Below are positions 13,611 through 28,100 of a stretch of 64,000 nt of DNA, in pieces; the stretch's first letter is position 1, and each line of letters opens with the position of its first letter. Under the pieces are notes generated by a model that saw only the letters and a list, made by a program, of their open reading frames with translations, ran no database searches and was not told the origin of the DNA. Made by a program: the position numbers and the translations under genes. This stretch comes from Chrysomallon squamiferum (lineage: Eukaryota; Animalia; Mollusca), in NCBI GenBank assembly GCA_012295275.1, contig CM022666.1:16058001-16122000 (forward strand), given 5' to 3'.

Positions 13611-15351
13611 TGTTCATTCTCATTCTACCACGATTTCTACAAGTACGTATACAATTTGATATTCAAACTACGTCGTAACTTCACATTCTTCTCACCTCAA
13701 ACATGATACATATTTTTATCTACATTCTCTGTTTACGCAATGCAATATTTTTAAAATACTTAACTCCTAAAATCTGCACGCTTGTAACTCTAAACAACCG
13801 ATTCTGACAAACGTCCAAACGATTCACGGCAAATTAATCGTGTTATTTTGTTTATTTCTTTCTTTTCTTGCCCACTTTCCCAGCTCGTTTTACTAACGTG
13901 GTTTTGCTTTTTTTTTATTATTCGTATTTGACGACTTTGAGTGAGTAGTAAAAAGTGAGCATGCGCCCACCTGGTGAGTAACGTTACACTCGTCAATTAG
14001 TTAATTGTCTTGTTTTAATGGCCGGCAGGCACAGAGCAGAAACGAGAGACTCTCAGGTTCTGTAAACCAACTTTTCACGTCCGACCACCCAGCATTTTTT
14101 TAATTTTTTTTTTTTAATACACACTGTCCGTTTGTCCGTGTCTGGTCAGTGGATGGCACGAGGAACAATATTTGCCGAGTTCAAGCCTTGGCAATTATTA
14201 TTATTAATATTGTTATTATTGTTACTGATATTGTTATTGTTATTGTTATTGTTATTGTTATTGTTATTGTTATTGTTATTATTATTATTATTATTATTAT
14301 TTTTTTTTAATATAGAGATTATTTATCTTTCTTCGTTTTAATCATCATCATCATCATCATCATCATCTTCTTTTTCTTTTTAGTCAACATCATCGTCACT
14401 ATCATCATTTTTCTTCTTCAGATTCCATCTGTAAGGCTACTTAGAGCTACTTTTATTTTTCTAGTAATCATTTAATAACATTTCACTGATATCATGTTTT
14501 CCCGTTCTAACACATATCAAAATATCAAAACAAGTAGCAACAGAGAGATAACAATTAGTAAGAAGGAGAAAAAATAAAAGAAGAAAAATGTCAACATAAA
14601 ATAAACTAACAGAGAAGTTCAGATGTTTGTGTTTACTTATTTAAATATAAATCTAATTTTCTTTTACTCGTGTGAAATGGAACTCTGTTTTAACAAAAAG
14701 ACACACATACACACACAAACACACAAAACACACACAAACACACACAAACACAAACATACACATGTATATGAATACATACTATATACAGCAAACATACTGC
14801 AATACACGTGTACACATAACATATATACATGTATACAATTATCTGCTACATAAATAAAACTGTTACTGTAAATGTGTTTACATTATTGTGTGAATATTCC
14901 TGTCGCTGATATTTACATTGTTGTTTTGTAATAAACATGTTTTACATTGTTATAAACGTCTCTTCTTTGCTATAAAAGTGTTTACTTTGTTGTAAAAGTG
15001 TGTTGCTGTAGATGTAAATGTGTTTACACTGTGTTGTGTTAGTAGTAAACGCGCTGTACTTTGTTTCAAGGAAATCACTTTCTCTTAAATAACTGATATC
15101 TGTAATTCAGCCTGGAGAAACGATGTTTTTTTTATGCATGGGTACGTGTATAGTATATATGTGTATACGTGTCCGTCTGTCTGTCTGTCTTTTGTTTTTC
15201 CACGTTTACAATAAATAACAGTTTTATTTAGATAACAGAAATAATTGTTTGTGTGTGTATATATATATATATATTTCGTATCCTGTGTTTATCCATGAAA
15301 TACAGAGAGAGTGTGAGAGAGAGAAAGAGAGAGAAGGAGAGAGAGAGGGAC

Positions 15352-15465
<114 letters not shown>

Positions 15466-16002
15466 TAACGTATGTCAAAGAACTCCAGAGATGTATTTAC
15501 ACACACAGTACGTAAAGACATAAACTAAAACTGAGAAATAGCCGTGTGTCGCCAGCGTGTTTCTTGTAATGTGCTGAGAGACACGTTTTTACATCTGGAC
15601 CGCAGAGGAGGACGGAACAGTCGTAACTGCTGCTGCTACTGCTACTGCGCTGGTCGTCTGCTTGGTCGTCTGCTGGTGGGCTGCTTGTATTTATTGAAAA
15701 CACCGGGGGAGCGATTAGCCTGATTAGCGAGGATAATAACCCGGCTGATGAAAGGAACGAGACTGCGCTAGACGAGGCACGGAGAGGAGCGGGCGAGGCG
15801 AATTAGCGACACACAAAGGCGAGGGGGAGGAAGAGGCCAGGCCAAACAGCGGGCCAATTACAGGCGCATTGTGAGGGACGGACGCGGTTTGAAAGCATCA
15901 GACACGGAGGTGATAGTTAACCAGCGACAGAGCGAGCTGGCGGAGAAAAAACGAGGACTCGCTGGTTGATCAGAAACTTTCCTAGCTGAGTCGTCAGTGC
16001 CT

Positions 16003-16105
16003 CACACATACACACAGACACATACATACACACAGACACACACACACACAGACACACCCACACACAGACACACACACACACACATAGATACACACACACA
16101 CACAG

Positions 16106-16136
<31 letters not shown>

Positions 16137-16393
16137 GACACACACACACATACACACACAGACACACACAAACACAGACACGTATACATACACAGACACA
16201 CACATACACACACAGACACACACAGACACACACACATACACACAGACATACACACACAGACACACACACACATACACAGACACACACACAGACACACACA
16301 GACACACAGACACACACACACACACACACTCACACACACACACACATCACACACAAACTCACTCACACACAGACATACATACAGACACACACA
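16003..16393. repeat. Compound (CA)n/(CACAGA)n repeat
   Basis: Directly visible. It causes the CV/HT ORFs. Confidence 0.95.
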
Positions 16394-17902
16394 CCGACTC
16401 AGCGAGGTCGTACAAGTCTCTGCTCATTTGTCACGACTGAATATACAACGTGTACAACGTGTACAACGTCTGCAGGCAGAAGGAGGGGACAGTGTAGAGA
16501 CGAAGTATGAAACATGAACAGGGTAGGCACGCAGTGAGAAAAATGAGATGTCCATGGATTAAACGCACGCAACGTGCGAATTTGATATGCGTGTAATGTG
16601 CGTATAAATACATCGCGATGTTACGATACCCGTGAAATATTTGCACTGCATGCGATATGAAACAGCGATGTCCACAGAATAAACTCGTGCAAAATGCGAG
16701 AGTAATACTGACAGAAATACATATTTAAACACACACACAGACACCCACACACACTCACACGCATACACACACATACACACACAAATAGAGACATACATAC
16801 GTATGCAAACAGGAAGAGAATTAAAGATAAACAACAACAACAACAAAAAATGGAAATAAAACGAGGAAATACAGATAACATTTTACGACTGCTGTTTTAC
16901 AAGTAACTTGAAGCAGGTGAAAAAACTCGAGAGAGGAAGAATAAAAAAGTAACAAAACAAAATCAGCAACTGGAAACACTTAGCGTTGTAAGACGCAATT
17001 AAAACTAAGTAACAGTTCGTTTATTTATACGAACAACACGGCGATGTTAAAATAAAGTGTGAACTGTTTTTTCAATTCACCAAGGCAATCAATTTCCCAC
17101 TTTTATATTTTCTTTTTACCAACTGTCTGAAATCATTCACGTGCTAAGGTAATGGACGACACGGTTTCGCCATTAAAGCTCTGATTTTTATCGCCGTCTA
17201 CCCTATTATCGTGGTCGCCTGTTTGCGCTCGGCGTTAAGGAGGCTGGATGCAGTAAAAGCCTGCATGCTTGACACCCGTTAAAAACAAATTTATTACGTC
17301 CGTTTTCAGTGAAAAATGACGGCGCTATTTTATATTGTTTCGGTGATCCTCAAATGCCGACAAAAGTCGCGGATATGAAAAGTTTTATCGAGACTGCTAT
17401 AAAAACGCGAGCGCGCGCGCGCGCGCCGGCTGAAAAGATCACGTGATTTTTGGAAGTCAGTAAAAATTTGCTTCGAATTTGGTCATAAAAGAAGGTATTT
17501 TTATCGTTAGTGAATTTTATGCATTTTGGAGCCGAGGAAAGTTATTATTACCAAGAATATTTTCTTAATATTTAGTTAAACAGCATCACTTATTATATTG
17601 CAAAGCATTGTTTGGCATAAATGCGACAGCACCGTTCGTTTATACAGCCGTGTGCATGTGAGTACGTGCGTGTGTGTTAGTTTAATTACAATTTTCATCA
17701 CTTTACATCTTTATATAAAGATAATCACACAGAATATCAAGAACTTAAAAAAAATAAAAAATAAATAAAAATAAATAAATAAAAATACAAAAATGAAATA
17801 GGATATAAACAACATACAGAGAATAAACAAACAAACAAACAAACCAACAAATAAATAAACCTGCAACCATAAACGACCTGTTACTTTTTCCAGTACAGTT
17901 AT

Positions 17903-17947
<45 letters not shown>

Positions 17948-18462
17948 CACAAAGAAATGTTTGTGTGAAGTTTTCAAGGTTTTGAGAAAATAAGAAGAAG
18001 AAAGATGGATAGGTAGATGTACACGACATGTCTTCAAATGTATCTGTCCCGACGTAGTGACCCAAGCCGCCTGTCATGTCCGCTAGGTGGAGCCATTCAT
18101 CAACTTCAAAGCGACCCCAGCAGAACGGTAATCTAACGTGACCCGGGAGGAGCGCGGTGCGCTGTGAGTGAACGTCTTGGTTAACCCGTGAAAATCCACT
18201 TCGCATTCAGTTCTCGTTTTATCTGCAGAAAGCCGATATGTATTCTCTTTTTTCTTTTTTTTTTATTGTCTGGTGGTTTTAGTTTTTGACATTTCGTTTT
18301 GTAGTTATTACCGTTATCGGTGATAATAATTGGGATATGTCAGGTGTGATGAATTATATAAATTTGAGTAGAGTGAGTAATGCATATGTTTGATACACTT
18401 TGAGAAACGAGGCGTACAGATGTAGACTCAGAACAGAAAAGGTGCAAATTTCTCTGTAAAAT

Positions 18463-18551
<89 letters not shown>

Positions 18552-18702
18552 CTCTCTCCCTCCCTCCCTCTCTCTCTCTCCCCCTCCCTCCCTCTGTGAC
18601 ACTTTCTCTTTCTTTCTCGCTATATTTCTCTCCGACTTTCTGTCTCTCTTTTTCTCTCGCTCTGCCGTTCTGTTTAACCATCTCGTGTGAAAATTCTATT
18701 TT

Positions 18703-18762
<60 letters not shown>

Positions 18763-18839
18763 GTAATAATAATATATGTGTATGTATGTATGTATGTATG
18801 TATGTATGTATGTATGTATATATATATATATATATAGAC

Positions 18840-18870
<31 letters not shown>

Positions 18871-18949
18871 GAAATACAGCGTCATTTACAGTTTATTTCT
18901 CAGTATATAACTATCACTTTTTATATTTATTCAACATTACGTAACAGGC

Positions 18950-19570
18950 CAACGTGCGTGTTTTGCTAATCCCACTGACTTCACTAGTTTAAACGTTTAT
19001 TTAGGTAAAACGCGTCAGCTGAGTTTTTAAATGTCAGTGCTGTTACGTAACCGTGTTGTTCGCACCGAGTCGCTAGCTGGGGGTGGGTGGGGTGGTCGGA
19101 GGGTGGGGGTATGAATGGCTTGTTTCAACAGAACGCCATCTTGGTCGGCTGCGTTTGCCGACGTGTGCAAAGTGAAGACGCAATTACGCACACCCCAACA
19201 CGCTTTGCCGCTAGCTGCTCACTTCAAAGACGCCGCACGGAATCCAGAAACGAAATTCTTTTACAGTCGGCTTCACAGAAATAATATCCCCTCTTCACAG
19301 CGCGCGATCGTTTTTTTTTTTTTCGCCGGGTCAGAAACTTAAACCAGTCCTGACATAAGCCAAAACGTAGCAAGGTTAATTCCATTACTTCGGCTATTAA
19401 GAGAGTCCGGGGGGGTGGGCGGGCGGCGGGAACAAGGGTGGGGGTGGGGGTTGTTGTCAGCGTTTCCAGCCCGGATTAGCTAAACGAGGCAAAAAAAAAA
19501 ACCATCCCTGACTCGATGTGGACAAAAGGTTTACAGAAACCACGCCCCACCCAGAGGTCAGCCTTGCCGG
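18950..19570. promoter_or_regulatory. Intronic CpG/GC-rich island (candidate enhancer or internal promoter)
   Basis: GC-rich, non-repetitive block with two G-run clusters, a YY1-like CGCCATCTT (~19134) and a KLF/Sp-like CCACGCCCC (~19540). Confidence 0.4.
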
Positions 19571-19760
19571 ACACACACATTTATGTATAAAATATTCATA
19601 CAGGCAAAACATTTTATAAAATTCCCACTATCTATTTTACATTGGAGAAAAATGAAAGGAGTTATATATGATCTGTGTCACCCATTACCAGATGTCAGCT
19701 AATTTTCCAAGGAATAGGTTAAAATCTGTAAACGACAGATCTAACCAATGTTGAATACTG

Positions 19761-19863
<103 letters not shown>

Positions 19864-20259
19864 TAATAAAACCTTAATCTTTCGACACTAAAGTTTTTCG
19901 TGCAAACACACACATTTCACTGTTTTTCACTGATTTAACAAGTCAGAAACATTTCTTTGCTATTAATCACTGAAATTTGACAAAGTATTTCCAGTGCTGA
20001 ATCAACAACCAATTCTGTTAACTCGTGTTAAAGAAGAAAAAAAAACCCTTCAAAACGAAGAAGATTGGAAAATGAAATATAATTTATTATAAGATTCTTG
20101 ACAGTTTCATAAACATGATATATTATTACAGACTATTTTTCAATTTCAGTTTCGTTTTTTCTTTTGAATCTTGTTTTTGTTTTATTTTTATTTTATCACT
20201 TCGTCCCTCTCTCCGTGTGTTTACCTAATTTATTTATCTACCTGTCTCTCTGTATCTTT

Positions 20260-20349
<90 letters not shown>

Positions 20350-20787
20350 ATAAAACAATATTTATTTACATTGATGCATCCTATGCATGGGTTTTGGGCG
20401 TATAACGACCGCACCTGAAACATATAAACCACCGGAGTCGATTTTAAATATATACGCCAGCCAGGAAACCTTTCACAGCGAAAATATTACTAAGCTTTAA
20501 TAGGGGAATATCGCCACGCTTTATGGCGAATACCCGTGGCGTTATTTGCGAATCTGCTGAACGTTATTAGTCTTTTGTCACAGACATCGAGATATTTCGA
20601 AAGAGACAAAAAAAACCCAACAACAAAAAAAAACACCCGAGAAATCAAAAAAAAAAAAAAAAAAAAAAAAAGAAAGAAAAAAATTAAAGAGAGAATATTT
20701 TTAACACAAGAGACGAAGGGATAAACTCACTTTCTGTTTTCCTCTTTTAACTGAAAGTACATATTTTACGACACTACTCCTTTTTTT

Positions 20788-20818
<31 letters not shown>

Positions 20819-21317
20819 CAAAAAAAAAAAAGAAATATAAAAAAAAAAAAAAAAAAAAAAGATATCTCGCGATGCAGAAAACAACGAAGGCGTAAAACGG
20901 CGGCGTGCTATATATAAATATTTATCGCGGGTTAATGTGTGCAATGTGCATTATTTATATGATCTATCGCGTTTGTGCATTGCTTTCTGAGTTATTACGC
21001 AACACACGTGCGTAATAAAAATGTACGTTTTACTGCGTGCAGTTCTTTGATTCGACGTCATTAACTGCATACCACGTATCGCCGCTGCTGCATGATGGGA
21101 AATGTGGTTTCTCCTCTCGCTGCCGATTGGCTCGTTACAAATATAAAAGGCAAATTGCTTTTGTCGTTTATTGCAGTTTTATGTTATTATTATTATTTTT
21201 CTCCCGGGGGGGGGAATGACGAACAAAAAAGAAATGTTACAGAAAAATGTTTAGCAGATTCATGTGTGGGAAAAAACAGGAAAGAAAAGACGAAAACGAC
21301 GAATTAAAAAAAAAATA

Positions 21318-21361
<44 letters not shown>

Positions 21362-23309
21362 TAAAATTAAAAATAGTAAAAAATTAAAAATAAATAAACA
21401 GAAAAAAAGATGAATATACAAAAGACAAAAACAATAACAACAACGACGAAGACAACAACAACAACAACATCAGCTCACAAACACACACATAAACTGTTTT
21501 AAAAAAAAAAGATTCTGAATAAATTATTGATGTCTTGACTTATAATCTGACACTGTATATTAAATATTTCTGTGAATAAACCGTGATTCTGTTATGGTTA
21601 TTTTTTTGTAAGAGATGAAAAAATGATAAATAGTATTCTGTGTCATGTTTTACTGTCACGTGACACTTTAATAAACAACAAAATTCATTATTTATTTATT
21701 TAGTTAGTTAGTTAGTTATTAAAGATTTTTAAATAACAATTACAGCAAAGACCACACTAGTTAACCAAAAAAAGAAACCCAAAATATAAATAAAAGTAAA
21801 AATACGTGTTTAACAGCAGAATGAAATGCGCACACATGCACACACATACACACATATACACTGGCACACACACACACACACACAGACACAGCAGCTCCTA
21901 CAAACTGAACCTGAGCGTAAAAAACGAGGTAAAAAAAAAAAAAAAAAATCTTTCACTCATCTGGCGACTTCAAACACAGATCTCTGCGTGTCTGCCACTT
22001 TTCTGTTCAGAACTCGACTTGTCGCGTCGCTGATAAATCAACAGCTACAACAGCATCGCGGCTTGCAAACGTTTTCCTCAAGACAGGGTTTTAACAGCGT
22101 TCGACGTGGTAATGTTTGAAAACCGCAAAACACCGCAAAACCGTGACGAACCGCGAGCTCTGGTTTTAATGTTGTTAATTATACAACTTTACTGAATTAA
22201 AGAGATCGCGGGGGTCTACGTTTATTATTTATGTGGTGTGTGAAGTAATGGATTTCGTAGCAAGTAATAATTTCTTTCTTGATGTAAATGTCATAAAATT
22301 ATCAGTTCCAGTGTTTATGTGATATAAAATCATGAATTTCCATAATAACTACCAATTTTTTTTATTTATTTATGAGTTATACAAATCATATAAATTATTG
22401 TGATATGTAAAAATTTTTTAATGTAGGTGTTACATAAATTTAATAAAATTATTACTTTCAGTATTTATCATGAATTTCATAATAAGTCTTTTTTTTTTTT
22501 TTTTTTTTTTAAATATATATCTTATATACGTAACATAAATTATTGCTGTCATTATTTTTATTATTTTTTTAATTTCAGTTATTACTTTCAGTGTGTATGT
22601 TCGTGTGATATTAAGTTATAAGTCTCACTATAAATTCTAAACTAATTGTATGTGCGTTTATATTCTATGAAATTATTATTTTCATAATAAATAACGAGCC
22701 TTTGTGTTGTTAATTGATTAAACCGATGATTTTGTACGTTTCAGGTTGACTAGAGAGAAATCAATACTTTCGTTTAAAGTGAGTAATTTCAAAGACAATT
22801 TTCTACTTACTCTGGTCGATGTGTTACGATATCAGTCAAATAAAAACAAACTGATGTTTATATGTGCTTTAAACAGAGCGTATTAATGAAATGAATCGAA
22901 TGAAATTACCCAAAATAATATTTATATATAATTTAAAAACTTTCAGGAATGATATAGATCAAATGAAATTTATATAAAATGCTAATTTTATATTTTGAAA
23001 CAATGTTAAAATAATAAATTTCTTTTTAAATTACCACTTTCGTTATATTGCTAAGTAAATAATTTTTTTTTTTTTTTTTTTTTTTTTAAATAATTAATTT
23101 CGGTATAAATTATATTAATCGTGGAAAACAATACCTGACTGCAATTTGTTTAATTTAAATTAATTAATTAAGCTAAGTATTCACAGTTTAAACAAATTAA
23201 TTCCAGCCACCAACACAAATGTAACTAAAAATAGTTTACTTCTGTATCTGGTGTGGAATTCTAAATTAAATGCTTTATTTTTATTTTTTTTAATTATTTT
23301 TTTGTTCAT

Positions 23310-23350
<41 letters not shown>

Positions 23351-23374
23351 TTTTTATTTTTATTTTTATTTTTA

Positions 23375-23420
<46 letters not shown>

Positions 23421-24104
23421 GTTGTTGTTGTTGTTGTTGTTGTTGTTTTTGTTGTTGTTGCTATTTAAATAGTGTGAATTTACGTTTTAAATAACTCTTC
23501 TTCAAACACTGGACTTTCTTAATAAATAATATATTTAGTTGCTTGAAAATGAATACCATATCAGGATAAATCGATAAACTGTTATTCAAAGTTACGTATA
23601 AATGTTTCCAATTGTTTTAATTAATACTTATACACATATCTTTAATAACACATAATCTCACATAGAGAAAAAGAAATATATAAAATTCGAATTTTTCATA
23701 AATAACAAACTGAGATGAAAATAATATCATTTCAAAGATGATATACTGATATCAGAAAAAAACCAACAAACAAACAAAGAAAAAAAAACCTCAGCAAACA
23801 AAAATAAATAAATAAACAAATAAATAAATAAATAAATAAATAAATTTAAAAAGTTAATAAGTAAAATAAAGAAATTGCTAATAAAAAAGAAAAGAAATAA
23901 TAATAATAATAAATACACAGAAAATACCAAAACTACAAAATCCATCAGACCGCCAGTTCGAACCCCGCTAAATTACATTTTTATTTTTATCAAAAAACAC
24001 CAACAACGAGTCTGTCACAGACACATTCTAACAAGCTAGAAACCTGACCACAGAAACGTCTTTCACAGACACAAACAGAATACGCCTGAGGAGGATCGAT
24101 CCCG

Positions 24105-24240
24105 CAACCAGCTACACGCAGGTACGTGTTGTAACCAGTAATTAAACCAGTGATGATGTAAGAGTTAAAATGTAAAATGTGTCTGAGTCTGCTACACGCA
24201 GTTACGTGTTGTAACCAGTAATTAAACCAGCGATGATGAA
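24105..24240. repeat. 80-bp tandem duplication
   Basis: GCTACACGCAGnTACGTGTTGTAACCAGTAATTAAACCAGnGATGATG at 24111 and 24191. Confidence 0.9.
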
Positions 24241-24375
24241 CGAGAATGAAAAGCGGAGATGACAGCGACGTCATGACGGCTGCTGTGGGAATGACAACTA
24301 CGTCTGACGTGACGTCTGTTTCGTCTAACGCGAACAGAGAGACGATTATCTTGTGTTTACGGGTCGCGCGTTTTG

Positions 24376-24655
24376 TCATTTGTAATATCCACGTGTTTCA
24401 TCATTTGTAATATCCAGGTATTTAATTTACCTATATCCGAATGTTTCATCATTTATAAAATCTAGATGTTTCATCATTTATAAAATCCACGTGTTTCATT
24501 ATTTATAATATCCACATGTTTCATCATTTATAATATTCACGTGTTTCATCATTTATAATATCCACGTATTTCATCATTTGTAATATCCGAGTATTTAATT
24601 TACATATATCCGAATGCTTCATTATTTACAATATCCACCTGTTTCATCATTTATG
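24376..24655. repeat. 25-bp minisatellite
   Basis: Unit approximately CATTTATAATATCCACGTGTTTCAT. It is interrupted twice by GTATTTAATTTACnTATATCCGAATG (~24418, ~24591). Confidence 0.9.
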
Positions 24656-24699
24656 GTATCTGCTGGTACCACTAAATCTAATATTATTTGTAATGTCGG

Positions 24700-24835
24700 T
24701 TGTTGCAGCAATAATGCTTGGCTGTTCTCTCTGTTTAATTGCGAGAAAGATTCTTATATATTCACCATCTCATATACATGTTGTTACAAGCCAGTGCCGT
24801 TGTCATAGCAGCTGAGAAACACTGACCGTCGGGTG
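24700..24835 (-). mobile_element. Degraded SINE central-domain fragment
   Basis: Reverse complement TGTATATGAGATGGTGAATATATAAGA aligns by eye (19/27) with TGTTTATGGGAAGGAGCAAATAAACGA at ~40476. The adjacent part aligns with 58962-58990. Confidence 0.6.
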
Positions 24836-25032
24836 ACGGTTTCGCTTTAGAAACAGATCGCCCGGTGATGGTTTTAAATCTCTACTTTCGTTTTGTTGTC
24901 ATTTGTTTACAAGCAGGAGTTTTTTTATTTCTAGTTAAATATCTATTTATATTTAGATTTCATTTTATTTTATATTATCTTGTATTATTTTCTTATTTTA
25001 TCTTATCTTATTATATTTATTTATTTATTATT

Positions 25033-25077
<45 letters not shown>

Positions 25078-26839
25078 TTTATTGTTTTATTTTTATTTTT
25101 TACCACCAGTCTGTGTCAAATATTAACTGAACAATGGAGATAAAAAAAACAGTCTGGGGACAAGTTCAGCAAACAACAGGTGTGAATTTTCTTATCGTTC
25201 CTCATCGAGAGAAAACGTTAAAAATATTTCTAAAAATGTGTAAACTTCAGTCCCCCCCCCCGGGTAAACCGGTGACAAACGCTTGTCGCGTTGTTTTACC
25301 GGATGTGTCGACAGTCGCTCGCCTTCGGCAAAACCCGGTTTTATAGCCACGTGGCATCTCTCGATTATCACCCGCTTTCACTGGCTGACGTTTACGAGTC
25401 CGGCTGACGGTTAAATAACAACGTGTACACCACGAATTACAAATTAGTCTGAGGCTAAACTAATTTTAAAACCTGTCTTCTTGTTTTGTCTGGTGGCGAA
25501 AGTTGTAGAAAATAAATCGTTGTTTTCTTGGTGGTGGTTTGTTTTTGTAAGATTATCAGTAGTTGTAGTTCAGATTAATAAAATCGTATTTTTTTTTTTT
25601 TCTGTTTGACTGGATTATGATGTTCACAGTAATCATGACAATATTTAAAAGAAAGAAGAAATTAGCCTGAATCAATTTTTGAAAACCTTTTTGCTAATTA
25701 CGTGACAGTGTCAGATTTGTACTATTTCCATAATGAAATAATTTCTGATTTGTAAGGGGGAGAATGTAAACTCATAAAAATCCCTAACTTAAATTATTAG
25801 CTGATGGTACATAGGTTTGTGTCATACAGAAAACATCTGGTCACAGTTCATAATAGTTTGGAATTAAACTATTTGATAAAAAAAAATATGTCTTCTGTTA
25901 CGTTCACCAGACAATGATCCTCGTTAATAAACCTGAACTGTCTGTTTAATGGTAATAAAGTTTATATCCATCGTGATTTCAAAGTTTTCTAGTTGTTTAC
26001 TAGGTAGTTGTTATACGATTCTTGACGTTTTCACAATGGAGTGTCTAACAAAATTAATTTTTGACGTAAAATTCTGAACAACTCTGGACGTTGAAAACAC
26101 GTGAAAGATTTTGCGTCAGTTACAGGAATGAAGCAGAATTAATCAGCAGTTTGCTGTGGTCCTAAGTAGTTATAAAAACGTTTCTTTCTCTGGATAGTTT
26201 AATGTCTACCACACGCTGTATCAAAGTGATCTCACGCCAGTTTTTATGTAATTAAGGCGCGTTCCCAGGTCTGAGTAAAGTAGATAAGTTTAACATTCCA
26301 CTAAGAACATAAATTTCAAAGTGTTCTTTTTGTTGGTAATAAATTAAACATTTCCAAGTTAAAAAAACAACAGTGAAAGATAATCTGAAAGATAACGTGC
26401 GGTTTTGGAGGATATACGGCAACACAAAACCCGGTACAAATCAATTAATGCAATTTAGTTCTTCTCCACTCACAGCGATACGATCTTCATTACAAATTTG
26501 AAAACACTTTTTTGTTACAGAAGCGCTCTCTGGCGTCACGTGACCTGCACTCCTTTCTTTCGCAGCACCACCACCTCGCCTACGTTGCATTTATCCGTCG
26601 ACCGTATCACTACGACATCGCCTCGAGTGCTTTGTCCGCAACAGCGTAGACAACGATCTTTTAATAATACATCGCCTCACAGTTAAACAAATCTCGCTTC
26701 TGTAGGATCGCATCAAAACACTCTGTCATTCTCGTGAGTAACAATAACAATAAAAAATAAAAGTAAATGAAAAAAGAAAAAATAATAATAATAATAAAAA
26801 AAATAAAAGAAAAAAAGAAAGAAATTAAAAAAGAAAAAC

Positions 26840-26872
<33 letters not shown>

Positions 26873-27020
26873 AAAAAAATCCCAGAAAAGCAACGAGGGG
26901 GTTAAAAATCAAAATGGCTGCATGATAAAAAACAGACTGGTTTTTTTTTCATACGAGATCGTTTTAGCACCTGCGCGTGATTACAAAAAACACCAGCGAT
27001 GAAGATCTAGAAGACATTGT

Positions 27021-27058
27021 ACCGCGCGCTCTATCAGATCAAAGGTGGGTAGTGGGAA
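27021..27058. promoter_or_regulatory. Candidate TCF/LEF + CSL composite site
   Basis: AGATCAAAGG (27036-27045) is an optimal TCF/LEF site. GTGGGAA (27052-27058) is a CSL core. Motif match only. Confidence 0.35.
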
Positions 27059-27316
27059 AGCTTTTGCGGGGAGATGTTTTGTGTTAAGCTAAAGAAAAGT
27101 GTCAGCCTGATGAATATCAAAGAACAGTGCCATCCAGCGAGTCATCTTTACAGCGAGTACGACTAACTCGCACGCTGAGCGAAATAATAGCTGACAATTT
27201 GTTCCGTCGCCAGCTATCTCGAACTGTGATCTAACAATTAGGTCGAAATTAAAGAAAATTATATCAGTTCTGATGTGTAGATAGCGAGGAGAGCATCCAG
27301 TGGAAAGTGAATATTG

Positions 27317-27357
<41 letters not shown>

Positions 27358-27621
27358 TATAATAATAATTATACATTTTTTTCGCGGTTATTACTATTAG
27401 GTTACTACTGGAGATAATTGCCTGTCTGTGACATCAAAGCTTTTATCGTCGATTAAAATTATGACACACGTGTAATTTATCCGATGTTTGACGATAAGAA
27501 GAAAGATGTAGAACTTTTGAAAATGTAATAATGTCGACGACTATGACGATGATGATGATGACGATATCAATAATAACAGCAACAACAGCAACAGCAGCAG
27601 CAGCAACGACAACAACAACAA

Positions 27622-27659
<38 letters not shown>

Positions 27660-28001
27660 ATAATAATAATAATAATAAAAAGATAATTTATACAGGTCAC
27701 ACAAAAAAAAAAAAAAAAAAAAAAACGTTTCATCCTGGTTTTGATGTGATATAGTTTACTACTATTATGTAACAGAATAAATTTTACGACACAAAATAAA
27801 TTTAACTTCTCAGTAAAGTAAACTGATATCACACACAAGGGACAGATCGAGATTTCTGTACGGGGGGGGGGGGAATCGCTTGTTTTTGGAAATAATTTTA
27901 TAAACGCATTGCGTTTTGTATGAATCAGAACGGGAACATGTCCGCAAATTATGAATAAAGTCCTTTTAATATTAGCAACAAATAAGTATATAATAACTAA
28001 C

Positions 28002-28037
<36 letters not shown>

Positions 28038-28044
28038 AGATATT

Positions 28045-28100
<56 letters not shown>

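Noticed and set aside
15917-16440. Cys/Val- and His/Thr-rich ORFs (metallothionein-like look)
   Set aside because: (CA)n compound microsatellite.
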